Assembly: GCA_964016885.1 (NCBI GenBank)
Contig: OZ024745.1
Location: forward strand, 58,962,001 to 59,026,000
DNA: 64,000 nt
Reading direction: 5' to 3'
Source of the DNA: Eledone cirrhosa
Lineage: Eukaryota
Each line of letters begins with the position of its first letter. Within the stretch, counting starts at the first letter, position 1. This document shows positions 1 to 12,574 of this stretch, in pieces. The position numbers and the translations under genes are program-made. The notes below the pieces were generated by a model. That model was not told the origin of the DNA, ran no database searches, and saw only the letters and a list, made by a program, of their open reading frames with translations.

Positions 1-478
1 TGTGACAATTATTGACACATAGTGCTGGGCCCATGGTACCATGTGACGACAAGTGCAGAGAGATCTCCAGATATAAAGCAATGCCTGTGCCGTGAAGCTT
101 TTATACTGAGCAAAGGCACTGCACAAAGCCAGTCCCACTCTCTTAACCAAGATGATATTTACCAAAAAGAAGAACAAGTCAACATCATTGGATACCATCA
201 GGGTTGCAGGTGTTATATCAGAGTTTTCCTTCTCCTAGAATTCTGCCTTGACAAAGGCTAAGGGGTCATCTCTCCCGGTGATTTTGGATGGCCATTGACT
301 CTTAAGAGCTCCTTTTCCCTTTGACAGGTTTTGTTTTTAGTCCTGCAGGATGTCCAAAGTCAGCCTCCTCACCAAGAAACCTTGGTGGGGTTGCCAGTTT
401 AGTCGCCAACGACCCGACCATGGGTCAGGTTGTACTGGGATACATGTTACCAGTAGCACCAACTGGTGACCTGACATA
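1..478 (-). mobile_element. RTE-type LINE 5' region (5'UTR) fragment
   Basis: Homologous to 44338-44536(+), 27971-28260(+) and 30950-31440(-). Minus strand carries TCTAGGAGAAGGAAAACTCTGA, a motif I recall from RTE 5'UTRs. Confidence 0.6.
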
Positions 479-836
479 AAGAGGCACACATACACACATA
501 TATACACACATATACACACACCAAATGACATAGAGGCACACATACACACACATATACACACATATACACACACCCAATGACATAGAGGCACACATACACA
601 CATATATACACACATATACACACCCAATGACATAGAGGCACACATACACACATATATACACACATATACACACCCAATGACATAGGGGCTCACATACACA
701 CATATATACACACATATATACACACACCGAATGACATAGAGGCACATATAGACACACACACACACAAACAATGACATAACGGCACGCATAGACACACATA
801 TACACACACATAGACACACACACATGCTCATGCACA

Positions 837-873
<37 letters not shown>

Positions 874-1136
874 TCTCATGCACACTCACACACACACACA
901 CACACGCACACCATATGACATAGAGGCACAGACAGACACACACACACATGCTCATGCACACTCACACACACACACAATGACATAGAGGCACACATAGACA
1001 CCAACATATACCCGTACGCACACACGCAATGACATAGAGGCACAGACATACACACACACACACACACACATGCACACTCACACACACACACACACACCCA
1101 ATGACATACACACACACACATGCACACACACACACT

Positions 1137-1188
<52 letters not shown>

Positions 1189-1195
1189 TAGATAG
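474..1195. repeat. CA-rich minisatellite (~50-bp unit anchored on AATGACATAGAGGCAC) followed by (TA)n
   Basis: AATGACATAGAGGCAC recurs about 9 times between CA/TA runs. Overlapping ORFs are low-complexity artefacts. Confidence 0.9.
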
Positions 1196-1243
1196 ATTAA
1201 TATACAAATATTAATAAAATAGATGTTCTTTTGATCAATTACG

Positions 1244-1294
1244 TTTTGTTATACATATTTCGGATGTACAATAGTACGTCCTCATCAGACAAAA
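1244..1294 (-). ncRNA. Type I minimal hammerhead ribozyme (PLE-type)
   Basis: Minus strand: TTTTGT-CTGATGA-GGACGTAC TATT GTACATCC-GAAA-TATGTA-TA-ACAAAA. Stem I TTTTGT/ACAAAA, intact core, very short stem III. Confidence 0.8.
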
Positions 1295-1367
1295 TATAAT
1301 GATAGATGACATAGCCTGAGATGTTAAATGGTTATGATTGACATACTCATTGAATACTGTTTAACAC

Positions 1368-1440
<73 letters not shown>

Positions 1441-1476
1441 AAATTAAATTAAGGTTGTCATGACTGAGAGACATGC

Positions 1477-1527
<51 letters not shown>

Positions 1528-1582
1528 TAAAATAACAGATTAAAGTTTATGGATTAAAAAATCCAATAGTACCCCATTCGAC

Positions 1583-2779
1583 GTGAGTATGGGCGCCAGT
1601 GACTCTGCAGAGATTACTGATCTTATTGGCCTTTTCCTTCTTTTCTCTATCAAGGACGAATTCCCCAACGTGGGCGGTGGTTTGTACCGTGACGATGGTC
1701 TTTTGATCATGACTAAGTGCGGACCTCGTGCTTGCGACAGGTTCAGAAAAGAACTCACAGCCTTCTTTAAAGGCTTCAACCTCTCTATACAGGTTGAGGC
1801 CAATCTCTCGGTCGTTAATTACCTCGACGTTACCCTCAATTTATTGAATGGGTTGTATTACCCGTATAGAAAGCCGAATGGTACGCTTAATTACATAAGT
1901 AAGCATTCCAACCATCCTGCCAGCATAACCAAGAACCTGGTAAAAAACGTTTCGTTGAGGCTTTCCCGTCTCTCCACCAACGAGCGCATTTTCAGCGACC
2001 ATTCCACTTATTACAATGAAGCTCTTGCTCGAAGTGGATTTGTCGATAAGGTAGCATATACAGAGTACGAAAATAGACCTACAAGAAATAGATCCCGTCG
2101 CATTTGTTGGTTTAACCCACCATATAATATGGAGGTGGCCACACCATTAGCTAAGATCTTTCTTTCCCTTATTACGAAGCATTTTCCCCCTACACATAAA
2201 TATAGTAAAATTTTTAATAGAAATACTATTAAAATTTCTTACTCTACGACTCCTAACCTTGTACATAACATCACAGCTTCAAATTTAGCTAAACTACCTA
2301 GCCGTAGGAACACGTGCAACCCTGTAGTTAGTACTAACTGTAATTGTAGGAATCGGGCTGATTGCCCCCTATCCGGGAAATGCCTCTCTACTAACATTGT
2401 CTACAAATGTAAGGTTGTAACACCCACGTCCCGTAGGGCCTACATAGGGTTAACCGCCAATAGTTTCAAGCAGCGTCTTTACATGCATACCCATTCTTTT
2501 CGTTACCCTCTAAGAAGGAATATGACGTCACTTTCAGCTTATATCTGGAGTCTAAAAGACAACCACACCCAATATAAGTTACACTGGGAGATCCTAGCTA
2601 GGGCTAGATCGTATAACGGAAATAAAAGACCATGTGACCTCTGCGCCGCTGAGGCCCTGGAAATACTCTACGCCACAGACCACATCTTAAACAAAAAATC
2701 TGAGGCAATTTCGGCTTGTAAACATAAATTGCACAAAACTTTCCTGTATTACAGCCCCACGTTATACCCTAACGGATAG
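1583..2779 (+). CDS. PLE reverse transcriptase C-terminal half, Cys-rich linker and GIY-YIG endonuclease (partial ORF)
   Basis: MG..DSAEITDLIG, GLYRDDGL (RT catalytic motif), NYLDVTLNL, YRKPN, HSNHP, WFNPPY, CNCR..CPLSGKCL, IVY..YIGLT..FKQR..H (GIY-YIG). Confidence 0.9.
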   Translation: MSMGASDSAEITDLIGLFLLFSIKDEFPNVGGGLYRDDGLLIMTKCGPRACDRFRKELTAFFKGFNLSIQVEANLSVVNYLDVTLNLLNGLYYPYRKPNGTLNYISKHSNHPASITKNLVKNVSLRLSRLSTNERIFSDHSTYYNEALARSGFVDKVAYTEYENRPTRNRSRRICWFNPPYNMEVATPLAKIFLSLITKHFPPTHKYSKIFNRNTIKISYSTTPNLVHNITASNLAKLPSRRNTCNPVVSTNCNCRNRADCPLSGKCLSTNIVYKCKVVTPTSRRAYIGLTANSFKQRLYMHTHSFRYPLRRNMTSLSAYIWSLKDNHTQYKLHWEILARARSYNGNKRPCDLCAAEALEILYATDHILNKKSEAISACKHKLHKTFLYYSPTLYPNG

Positions 2780-3704
2780 CACGATCTATACGTGGATATT
2801 TTACGTCTTGATGTGGGAGCTAAGTATATGTTTTGTTTATTCCTTTACTTATTTGCAAAGGTAAGTATATATTACCCGTATGTTTTGTGAAGGTATGTAT
2901 ACCTTCTCGTACGTATATTTGTCTGTTTGGCGTATAATTTTTACATATTCTGGTATTTAGGGTTTGGCTATGTGTATACGGGAGTTTTGCGTCTGCGTGA
3001 GTATGCAGGTTCGTACGTATGGTGGGTGTGTGTATATGTGTACTTCATGTTTTAGTTGACTTACGTCTCCGAACATTCGTGTATTTATTTGTAGGTGTGT
3101 GTGTGTGCGCTTGTTATATACGTATTTATTTACTTATATACGTTTATATAATTATTTATTTATTTGTACACAAGCATACACACACATACATATTTATATG
3201 TGCATGGTTTTGTATACCTATGGTAAGGTTTTGCGTATGCTTGTGTATGTATCTGTTTGCGTGTATGTATTTATTTGTTTCTATTACTTCTGTATTGTAT
3301 TTATTTACTTTGTTCTTAACTTTGTAGCGGAGATTCATTTGGTCTCCTAGTTAGAATTTTAGTCTACGACCTCTGCTATACCATTTACGTGGTTTTGTCT
3401 TTGCGTGCTATTGTTGTCCACGCTCCACATATGACTTATTATCTTCGTTTTTTCATTCATTGCCAGAGAACGTCTCTATGCACCACCTAAGAGAACATTA
3501 GTCTACGACCTCTTTTATACCATAAACGTGGTTCTGTCTTTGCGCGTAATTGTTTTTCACCGCTCCTATTAATGACGTATTATTCGTTTTTTCTCGTTCT
3601 TTGCCAGCGAACGTAACCACGAACCAAAGTATCGTCTTCCTGTCTTCCTCCGGTTGCAACGTTTTTTGAAATATCCAGTTCTGCGTTTACAGATTGACTT
3701 TGTT

Positions 3705-3755
3705 AGTTTCAGAAGATCCCGTTAAGGGTGAAAGCAGTGATTCTTTGCTTAAACT
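3705..3755 (+). ncRNA. Hammerhead ribozyme-like motif with U4A core variant at the PLE 3' end
   Basis: AGTTT-CAGAAGA-TCCC GTTAA GGGT-GAAA-GCA..TGC-TT-AAACT. All three stems pair. Confidence 0.65.
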
Positions 3756-3861
3756 TTAATCTGTTATTTTAATAAATATTTGCTCTATGGTTCTTATATA
3801 TTTGATATATATTTTCCTTATCGAGCCCTCTTTGGATTTTAGTCTTCAATTTTATTATTAT

Positions 3862-3895
<34 letters not shown>

Positions 3896-3969
3896 ATATA
3901 TATATATATATATGTATATATAAATATATATATAAATATATATATAAATATATATAAATATATATATAA

Positions 3970-4076
<107 letters not shown>

Positions 4077-4379
4077 AATATATATATAAATATATATATA
4101 TAAATGGAATAGAATGAAACGAAATTTCATTTCTCACTCTTAGTACGGCAGTTACTTAAATGTAAGTAAGTATGTATGTATACGTACATATATATATGTA
4201 TACAGACGTACAGTAGTATGTATATATATACATACATGCACGCATATATATATGCACGTATCGGTTTACCGAACATTTATTATAATGCTCGGGGTGTTTG
4301 TAAACAAACAAACAGCCTGAATTACGCCGTACAGTGTTTAGGCAACCACGTCATCTTATTGTTCAAAAGTGACACAGGA

Positions 4380-4422
4380 ACGATGTACTAGTTTCAAGCT
4401 TATTAGCTATCGTCAGCATCGT
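4380..4422 (-). ncRNA. Type I hammerhead ribozyme, unit 1
   Basis: ACGATG-CTGACGA-TAGC TAATAA GCTT-GAAA-CTAG-TA-CATCGT. Intact core, GUA site, palindromic stem III. Confidence 0.88.
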
Positions 4423-4817
4423 ATACCTTCCTGCCAGATGGTTGAACGTCTGAAAGTATATACTTTCCTTATGCATATTAACGGCTGAGCAGCCTAATTT
4501 TCATATCGAGTGAGTTCAGTCGGCCGGGCACACCGAAAACGATAAATGGAATAGAATGAAACGAAATTTCATTTCTCACTCTTAGTACAGCACTTACTAA
4601 AATGTAAGTATGCATACGTACATTCATATATGTATACAGACGTACAGTAGTATGTATATATATACATACATGCACACATATATATATGCACGTATCGGTT
4701 TACCGAACATTTATTATAATGCTCGGTTTGTTTGTTTGTAAACAAACAAACAGCCTGAATTACGCCGTACAGTGTTTAGGCAACCACGTCATCTTTTTGT
4801 TCAAAAGTGACACAGGA

Positions 4818-4860
4818 ACGATGTACTAGTTTCAAGCTTATTAGCTATCGTCAGCATCGT
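4818..4860 (-). ncRNA. Type I hammerhead ribozyme, unit 2
   Basis: Identical to 4380-4422 and 438 nt away. Confidence 0.88.
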
Positions 4861-5376
4861 ATACCTTCCTGCCAGATGGTTGAACGTCTGAAAGTATATA
4901 CTTTCCTTATGCATATTAACGGCTGAGCAGCCTAATTTTCATATCGAGTGAGTTCAGTCGGCCGGGCACACCGAAAACGATAAATGGAATAGAATGAAAC
5001 GAAATTTCATTTCTCACTCTTAGTACGGCACTTACTTAAATGTAAGTATGCATGTATGTATACGTACATATATATATGTATACAGACGTACAGTAGTATG
5101 TATATATATACATACATGCACACATATATATATGCACGTATCGGTTTACCGAACATTTATTATAATGCTCCGTTTGTTTGTTTGTAAACAAACAAACAGC
5201 CTGAATTACGCCGTACAGTGTTTAGGCAACCACGTCATCGTTTCATTTTTTCCGTTTATCGTTTGCGGTACCCCGGCCGATTAACTCACCCGATATGCAA
5301 ATTAGGCTGCTCAGCCGTTAATATGCATAAGGAAAGTATATACTTTCAGACGTTCAACCATCTGGCAGGAAGGTAT

Positions 5377-5419
5377 ACGTTGCTAACGATAGCTAATAAG
5401 CTTGAAACTAGTACAGCGT
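5377..5419 (+). ncRNA. Hammerhead motif with G5A core change (likely inactive), inverted unit
   Basis: ACGTTG-CTAACGA-TAGC TAATAA GCTT-GAAA-CTAG-TA-CAGCGT. Confidence 0.7.
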
Positions 5420-5560
5420 TCCTTTGTCAGTGTTGAACAAATGAGCAACGATGGTTGCTAGACACTGTACGGCTTAATTCGGGATGTTTGTTTACAAACA
5501 CCCCGAGCATTATAATAAATGTTCGGTGAATCCATACGTACATATATATATGTGTGCATG

Positions 5561-5626
<66 letters not shown>

Positions 5627-5728
5627 CTACTGTACGTCTGTATACATATATGTATGTACGTATACATACTTATATTTAAGTAACAACCGTACTAAGAGTG
5701 AGAAATGAAATTTCGTTTCATTTTTTCC

Positions 5729-5798
<70 letters not shown>

Positions 5799-6006
5799 GA
5801 GTTAAACAAGATTCAATGAGTACATCAATGAATGAGTTTTACAGTAGATTGGAAACACTCTACAGTAGATATTTTCCAGAGTTATTAATATTTATTCAAA
5901 TATTAACAAAATAGATATCCTTGTGATCAATTAAATTTTATTATACATATTTCAGAGGTACTGAATTAAGTTTAACAGTTAATATTTGAATTAATATATA
6001 TATATA

Positions 6007-6125
6007 TACCGAGTGTCCCCAAAAAACGTATACATACTTTGATTACCTATGCAGGCAGTATTAGAGTGCTGTTGATGTATGGTCCTGTTTGGATCATACA
6101 TTTTTTTCTTATCGTCTGTTGTGTT
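6007..6125 (+). mobile_element. Tc1/mariner-like terminal fragment
   Basis: TA-CCGAGTGTCCCCAAAAAACGTATACATACTTTGA resembles mariner-type TIR starts. No partner TIR found. Confidence 0.35.
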
Positions 6126-6315
6126 TTTTTATGTATATTTTTCACACATACACATATATACATATGTGTGTGTGTGCGTAATATATGTATGTACATGATG
6201 TACATTTATATATACTCGGGTGACACGCACACACATACACACCCACATAAATACATACATACGTACATATATACATGCATACATACATACATACATACAT
6301 ACATACATACATACA

Positions 6316-6347
<32 letters not shown>

Positions 6348-6372
6348 CGTGTGTGTGTGTGTATGTGTGTGT

Positions 6373-6485
<113 letters not shown>

Positions 6486-7027
6486 TGTGCGTGTGTGTGT
6501 TATCCGTTTTGTTTTATGTCGGAAACGTCACTTAGACAAGAAATCGTCCATTCATTCACCAATTTCAATTCGTTATTAGATAATTTATTAAGTGTTCATT
6601 GAAGCGGGATATGTTAATCTTCGAAGTGAAATCAAAAGACTTCAACTGACATAGAGACGGTGGTGTTATTCTGTAGGGATGTACGGTAGGGTGACTTATT
6701 CACTAATCAATAAAATGTTGTCTGCTTCGTGCTTTTAAGAAACAAACAACAATCAAAGAATTATTTCAATATCATCACTATCATCAACAGTAACAGTAAC
6801 AACAATATCAACAGTAATATTATTAATAGTAGAAGGTATACCGACAATATTAGTATAACCTAGCATTGTGTGTTTCATATGCAAGTGTCGAGAGAAAAAT
6901 CCTTTGAACATATGATCCCTATAATTATTATTCAGACTTCATTTATTGTGACTATTTTTACAAGAAGCTGTATGAGATCTTACTCGGATTTAAGAACACT
7001 TGAGTTTCAATTACATTATTTCACGAT

Positions 7028-7209
7028 ATTGGCAGTATCGGTAGAGGGTCGGACGCCATGCTTTCCAGCATAGTTACGTCCCTTTACGGTCTGAGTTCAA
7101 ATCCCGTCGAGGTTAACTTTGCATTTCATCCTTACGGGGTCGATAAAATAAAGTACCAGTAATACACTGGGTAATTGCAGGCCTTGTGCCAAAAAGTAGA
7201 AACAATTAT
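7028..7209 (+). mobile_element. tRNA-derived SINE family A
   Basis: B-box-like GAGTTCAAATCC, core GCMTTTCATCCTTACGGGGTCGATAAAATAAAGTACCAG, TSD ATTATTTCACGATATT. Confidence 0.85.
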
Positions 7210-7719
7210 TTCACGATATTTTGGATAAACTGCTTTAAAAGTTGATGACAGTCTTAAGTTGATCTTGGAATGTTAAGTATCTCAGAATTGTTGAATTAAT
7301 GCTTCTCAAAAGATAGTTCAGTTTGAGCTTCGTAAAAAAAAATGTATAAAAATGAGTAAAAGATGTACTTCGATGCAAAACTTCAGTTAACTACTTGCAA
7401 AATTAGAACCTACAATTTGCTATATATTAAATATATTAAGATATTTTGACACTGTACTAATATCCATTTTTTACATATCTTTGTAGTTGAAACAATCTTA
7501 AGAATGATTGCTTCTACAGATTCTAAATGTGGTCTTGATATCGTAGGCTTATAAAACATTGACGAATGTAGCTTTATTAAACCATTTGTAAAAGATGTTG
7601 GTGCTCTAGATTATTTGTTTGTGGAAAGAGGAAAGCTGGAGTTTATTGACTGTTAAGGCACTTTTAAATCGTTAGACTTGGTGAAGTGAATTTTTTCGTG
7701 CTCCGTCGATTGTTATAAG

Positions 7720-7980
7720 AATGTTCCAGTTGATTCCATCAACGAAACAGTCTACTCGTGAAATTAACGTGGTTGGATATTCCACAGCCACATGTGCCCT
7801 TCACGTAGTTCTCAGGGAGATTCAGCATACCACTACACATGACAAGGCTGCCCCTTTAAATTTCAGGTACAAATCAATTTTGTTAGCCAAGTGAACTGGA
7901 ACAACATAAAGTAAAGTGCCTTTCTCAAGAACATAACGCGACATTATGATGGTGAGGCGAATACTCTAACCACTAAGCTA
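7720..7980 (-). mobile_element. Diverged tRNA-SINE related to family B
   Basis: Minus strand has a TAGCTTAGTGGTTAGAGTATTCG head and CTTGAGAAAGGCACTTTACTTTATGTTGTTCCAGTTCACT. Similar to 26370-26585. Confidence 0.6.
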
Positions 7981-8027
7981 CACTGTTGATAAAGTGAATA
8001 GGATTAATACGTATTATCTGTTAAATA

Positions 8028-8146
8028 TCTGAGTTCAAATACCGCCGAGGTTGACTTTGCCTTTCATCCTTACGGGGTCGATAAAATAAAGTACCAGTAA
8101 TGCACTGGATAATTGCTGGCCTTGTGCCTAACGTAGAAACAATTAT
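8028..8146 (+). mobile_element. SINE family A, 5'-truncated
   Basis: Family A 3' half with TSD ATTATCTGTTAAATATCT. Confidence 0.85.
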
Positions 8147-8352
8147 CTGTTAAATATCTAGCCTTTAAATAAAATTATTGATGTATGGCTGGTTTCTAAA
8201 TTTTTAATTGTTGATACATATACACTTTCCTTCTTTTATTGATTCTAATTACGAAACTGTAGTCACACTGGAGCAATATAATTAAAAATGGAGAGGCAAC
8301 ACATGTAAGTAGTTTTCAACCAACATTAGTTACGCCTTGGATATACCTTATT

Positions 8353-8532
8353 CAGATCTGTCAACTCTCCCCGCGGACGGGGAGATCTCCCACCCATTTT
8401 AGGGTGGGTGAGGGATGTCTCTTGTGAAAATAGGTATAGCTTTCAAAATCTCCCATTTTGCCTCATTTCCCGTTTTGGGGCCCTTTTGTTCATGGTACTC
8501 CCCGTTTGAGCTTTTAGAGGTTGGCAGGTCTG
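8353..8532. mobile_element. MITE (non-autonomous DNA transposon)
   Basis: TIRs CAGATCTGTCAAC / GTTGGCAGGTCTG; flanking near-duplicate CCTTATT / CCTCATT. Confidence 0.65.
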
Positions 8533-8768
8533 CCTCATTGGTTAAGGTATCGACTCTGCGCAAAGTTCTTTAACTATTAAATATAGACAATATTTGTTTA
8601 GGTAACAAAATAGATACTCTTTCAAAATATATAAATATGATAGAAACATAAATGAATTTGAAAATTAATTGATTAATTAAAATTTAATTACTTAAATAAA
8701 CAAAACGTTTCATATATTCAACACTGAAAAACTAGGCAAAACATTCGCCTTTATAAGTTTTCTCTCTC

Positions 8769-8803
<35 letters not shown>

Positions 8804-9552
8804 ACATGTGTGTGCGTGTAAGAAATTAATATATATGCATTTGAAGTAGTAGTGAGGAGATAAAATTAAAGAATTTAAATAAACAAAGTTTATGAATATC
8901 AATTAGACAGATATGCTTCCTTTTAACTCGTATTAAATGCATCACTTTTACTATCAACGACAAGATATTGTATACGATAGAAACATTATTTAAAGGTTAA
9001 TTAGAATGCTTCAGGTGGTTCAATGTGAACGAATATTGTTAAATGAAAGTATTGGAAAATGTAGTTTAGCAATGTAAGTAAATAAATTATAAAGACTTTT
9101 TAATGCAAATCTATATGAAATACGTTACAAAGAGCCCACAAAGAGTTATTGTTGTATTGTTGATATATCTACCTGAACTACTACTTTTTAATTAGAAGCC
9201 TTAGATGTGAAAAGAATAAGCCATGTTCAACTATTCCTTTGTACACAGAAACATATAAGAGATTATTCGTATGCCTGCATTGCAGCCATTCTTGTCTTCT
9301 CACCAGAGACTAACTACTTTTATGATTCTGTGTACGGAGGAATAATGCTATAGCAACGCTATATATATCATACAGAACAAGGAAAAATACCTGAAGTGGT
9401 TGGTCTAATTTGGATTACTTGCACAAGTTTGACAACCTAATTAAATAAATAATAAATATCTATGTTCAGAGGAATAGTTAGAAGTGCTTATATCTCACAG
9501 ATCATTCTTTTCATAACTAAAGATTGTAATTAAAAATGGTAGTTATAATCTA

Positions 9553-9617
<65 letters not shown>

Positions 9618-9694
9618 GTCGGCACCCCGACGGCTGAGCTGTTGCGAGTATTCTGGTGAGTAATGGTCTAAACAGGTTTTTACTGCATCCATTT

Positions 9695-9771
<77 letters not shown>

Positions 9772-10642
9772 GGGAGAGATAAATAGAGAAAGAGAGAGAG
9801 AGAGAGAGCGAGCGAGCGAGAGAGTATAGCTACATACATATATATATATACATACAGAAACACACAAACAAACACAAACGTACACACATTGGGATTTGAA
9901 CTTAAGAGACAATAAGCTTAATCAAATACTGCAACGTCGTTGGACAACGCCAATTTCGTCCAAATTCTGCCAATCTGCCGCTCTGAGTTGGTACTTTATT
10001 TTATGGATCTCGAACAGATGAAAGGCAAGGCTGGCCTCAAGCGGGCTTTAACCCAGAGTGCAGAAAAGCGATATAAATACTGCACATTTTGTTCGACACT
10101 CTGACGACTCTGCTACTTACTGACATCCGTTATTTTTTTATTATTGTATCACCGCCTTCAAACATATCAACACCCTCCCACCTTAAGAGATCACCACCAC
10201 CACACACCACACCACTCACCCCACCCCCGCACACTTTTTCCTCATATTTTCTATCTCAACTTTATCTGGGAAATATTTTTTTATGATTTCAAAAAGATAT
10301 TCTAATCAAATTTTTAAAGATATTTTCCAAGTTTTTTTAATTATCATGAACACACCTTTTTTGTTAGGGGAGGTGGCATTTTTCTGGTGACATGAACCAT
10401 TCACGAATTTTTTTAAAATCCTTGATATCATTATGACTATTGAGTGTTTTGGGGTACTTGTTCCGGACCTTCGCGCTCTGAATTCATATCCCTGCCGAAA
10501 TCGATTTTCTATTTTATCGTTCCGGATCAACAAAATAAAGTATTGGACACAAATTCCTGGTCGCGTGCTGACGTTTGGTTCAGATTTAATTTGGAAATTA
10601 TATATATATGTATGAGTGTATATATATATATATGTATGTATA

Positions 10643-10694
<52 letters not shown>

Positions 10695-10725
10695 TATAAT
10701 ATATATATATATAATATATATATAT

Positions 10726-10829
<104 letters not shown>

Positions 10830-10855
10830 GTGTATGTATATATATATATATATAT

Positions 10856-10927
<72 letters not shown>

Positions 10928-11937
10928 CGTTTCTGAATTTGTTTAGCAAGATTCTTTATCTGAAATCGTGTGTTGAAACCGATATTGTTATATATAAACA
11001 TATATGAATATTTAAACCATTCATAAAATACAAAGATTTCGGTATTAGCTTTATATTTATCATTTATTTATTTATTTATTTATTGATGTCGACATTTTTG
11101 TCGCGCTGTTTGTAACTTATACGTACACATGCAATTAGATCTTCACATTGGAGGTAGATAAGGTAATGGTTACTTAACTCCTAGTATACGGCTTCGCTTG
11201 GTCATTCTAAACCTAGTGTAGCCTATCCCTCGCCATATATAGAGAGAGATGCGAGGAATTGACCTCAGTACTAGACTTGTATGTTATTTATTGACTTCGT
11301 AAGGATGAAAGGCAAAGTTAACCTCGGTGGGATTGGAACTCAGAGCGAAGTAAACCAAAACAAATATCGAGGCGTTTTTAATGCAATACTTTATATCATT
11401 CAAAGTAAATGTATAATCGGAAATTATATGATAACTTAACCAAATTACAGGATCAAATTTTCCTTTGAATACGAGGATTAAGTTGTTATTGTTTTAATTC
11501 TTTTTCTCTAACTTCCTTTTTAGTTTCGGCCTTCTTACATTTCATCACTAATATTATAATTTTGCTCATTTAAAATTTCTTGGCGTATTGACTGAATTAT
11601 TTCATGGCTCATTTTTCTATAAAGTTGCCATGCAGTGGACGAGTATTCTTCCTCAGTTATTCTTATAATTCCTAACGTCACTGACGATTTCGGTTATGTT
11701 CTGACCTCTGTTTGACATGAATAACGATGCTACCTAGGTCCCTAGGCAGAATGATAGGACCATTTACTTTCTGATGGTGAGACAATAATCTTTGAAAGAT
11801 CTCAAGATAATTTCATGTGGTTTTTCTCTTTAAACTTAAGTTCTTTTCACATTGAGCCTTCACATACAAAAACTGAAGTTATATGTACATTCGATTTATT
11901 TTAGATCTGATAGGCGCTATGCTCTGCATAAATATTC

Positions 11938-11999
<62 letters not shown>

Positions 12000-12004
12000 T
12001 ATAG

Positions 12005-12513
12005 GTTTTAATATAGATGAGATTCTACAGGACTAGAACAGTTTCATTCTTTAGAAATCATCAGGAATCTGGCTATCCAAAAATAAATGTGGTATTTATA
12101 GGTCTTTTCAGGTGGTAGGAGAGGGTGGGGAGTGGGATGGGAAGAGGTCATTCGTTGATAGAAAAGGGAATTCATTAAAAGCTAATTCTTTAAGGCTATA
12201 ATTTATATTTAGAGTGACAAAGGCAGAAAGAATTCTATAAACAAGTTCAGAATGGGTACCACTCCTTATTTTTAAGTTTCTCTTAAGCTAAAAATGCCTA
12301 TATTTCAGGTGTCTATAAGATCGTTGGGGGTCGGTCATGGTTGATGGATTTAAAGAAAAGGGAAATTCTTTAAAAGCTAATTCTTTAAAGTTCTACTTAG
12401 AGTGACAAAGGCCTAGAGAATTCTATAGACCAGTTCAAAAAATTGGGTGACTATCATATCATTATCTTCAACTTTCTCTTAAGCTATATTCCAGGTGTCA
12501 ACAGACACATTCA

Positions 12514-12574
<61 letters not shown>

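Larger units (their letters stand above)
1530..3865 (+). mobile_element. 5'-truncated Penelope-like element (YRDD/WFNPP subtype) inserted in (TA)n
   Basis: Contains an RT/GIY-YIG ORF, a long 3' region with a diverged ~140-bp duplication (3359-3630) and a terminal HHR-like motif. (TA)n on both sides. Confidence 0.9.
4101..5731. mobile_element. Non-coding HHR-containing ~438-bp tandem repeat (2.6 direct units plus one inverted diverged unit); retrozyme-like or PLE pLTR multimer
   Basis: Units start near 4101, 4543 and 4981 (partial to ~5238); inverted copy ~5239-5731. Flanked by (TA)n. Each complete unit carries an HHR motif. Confidence 0.85.
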
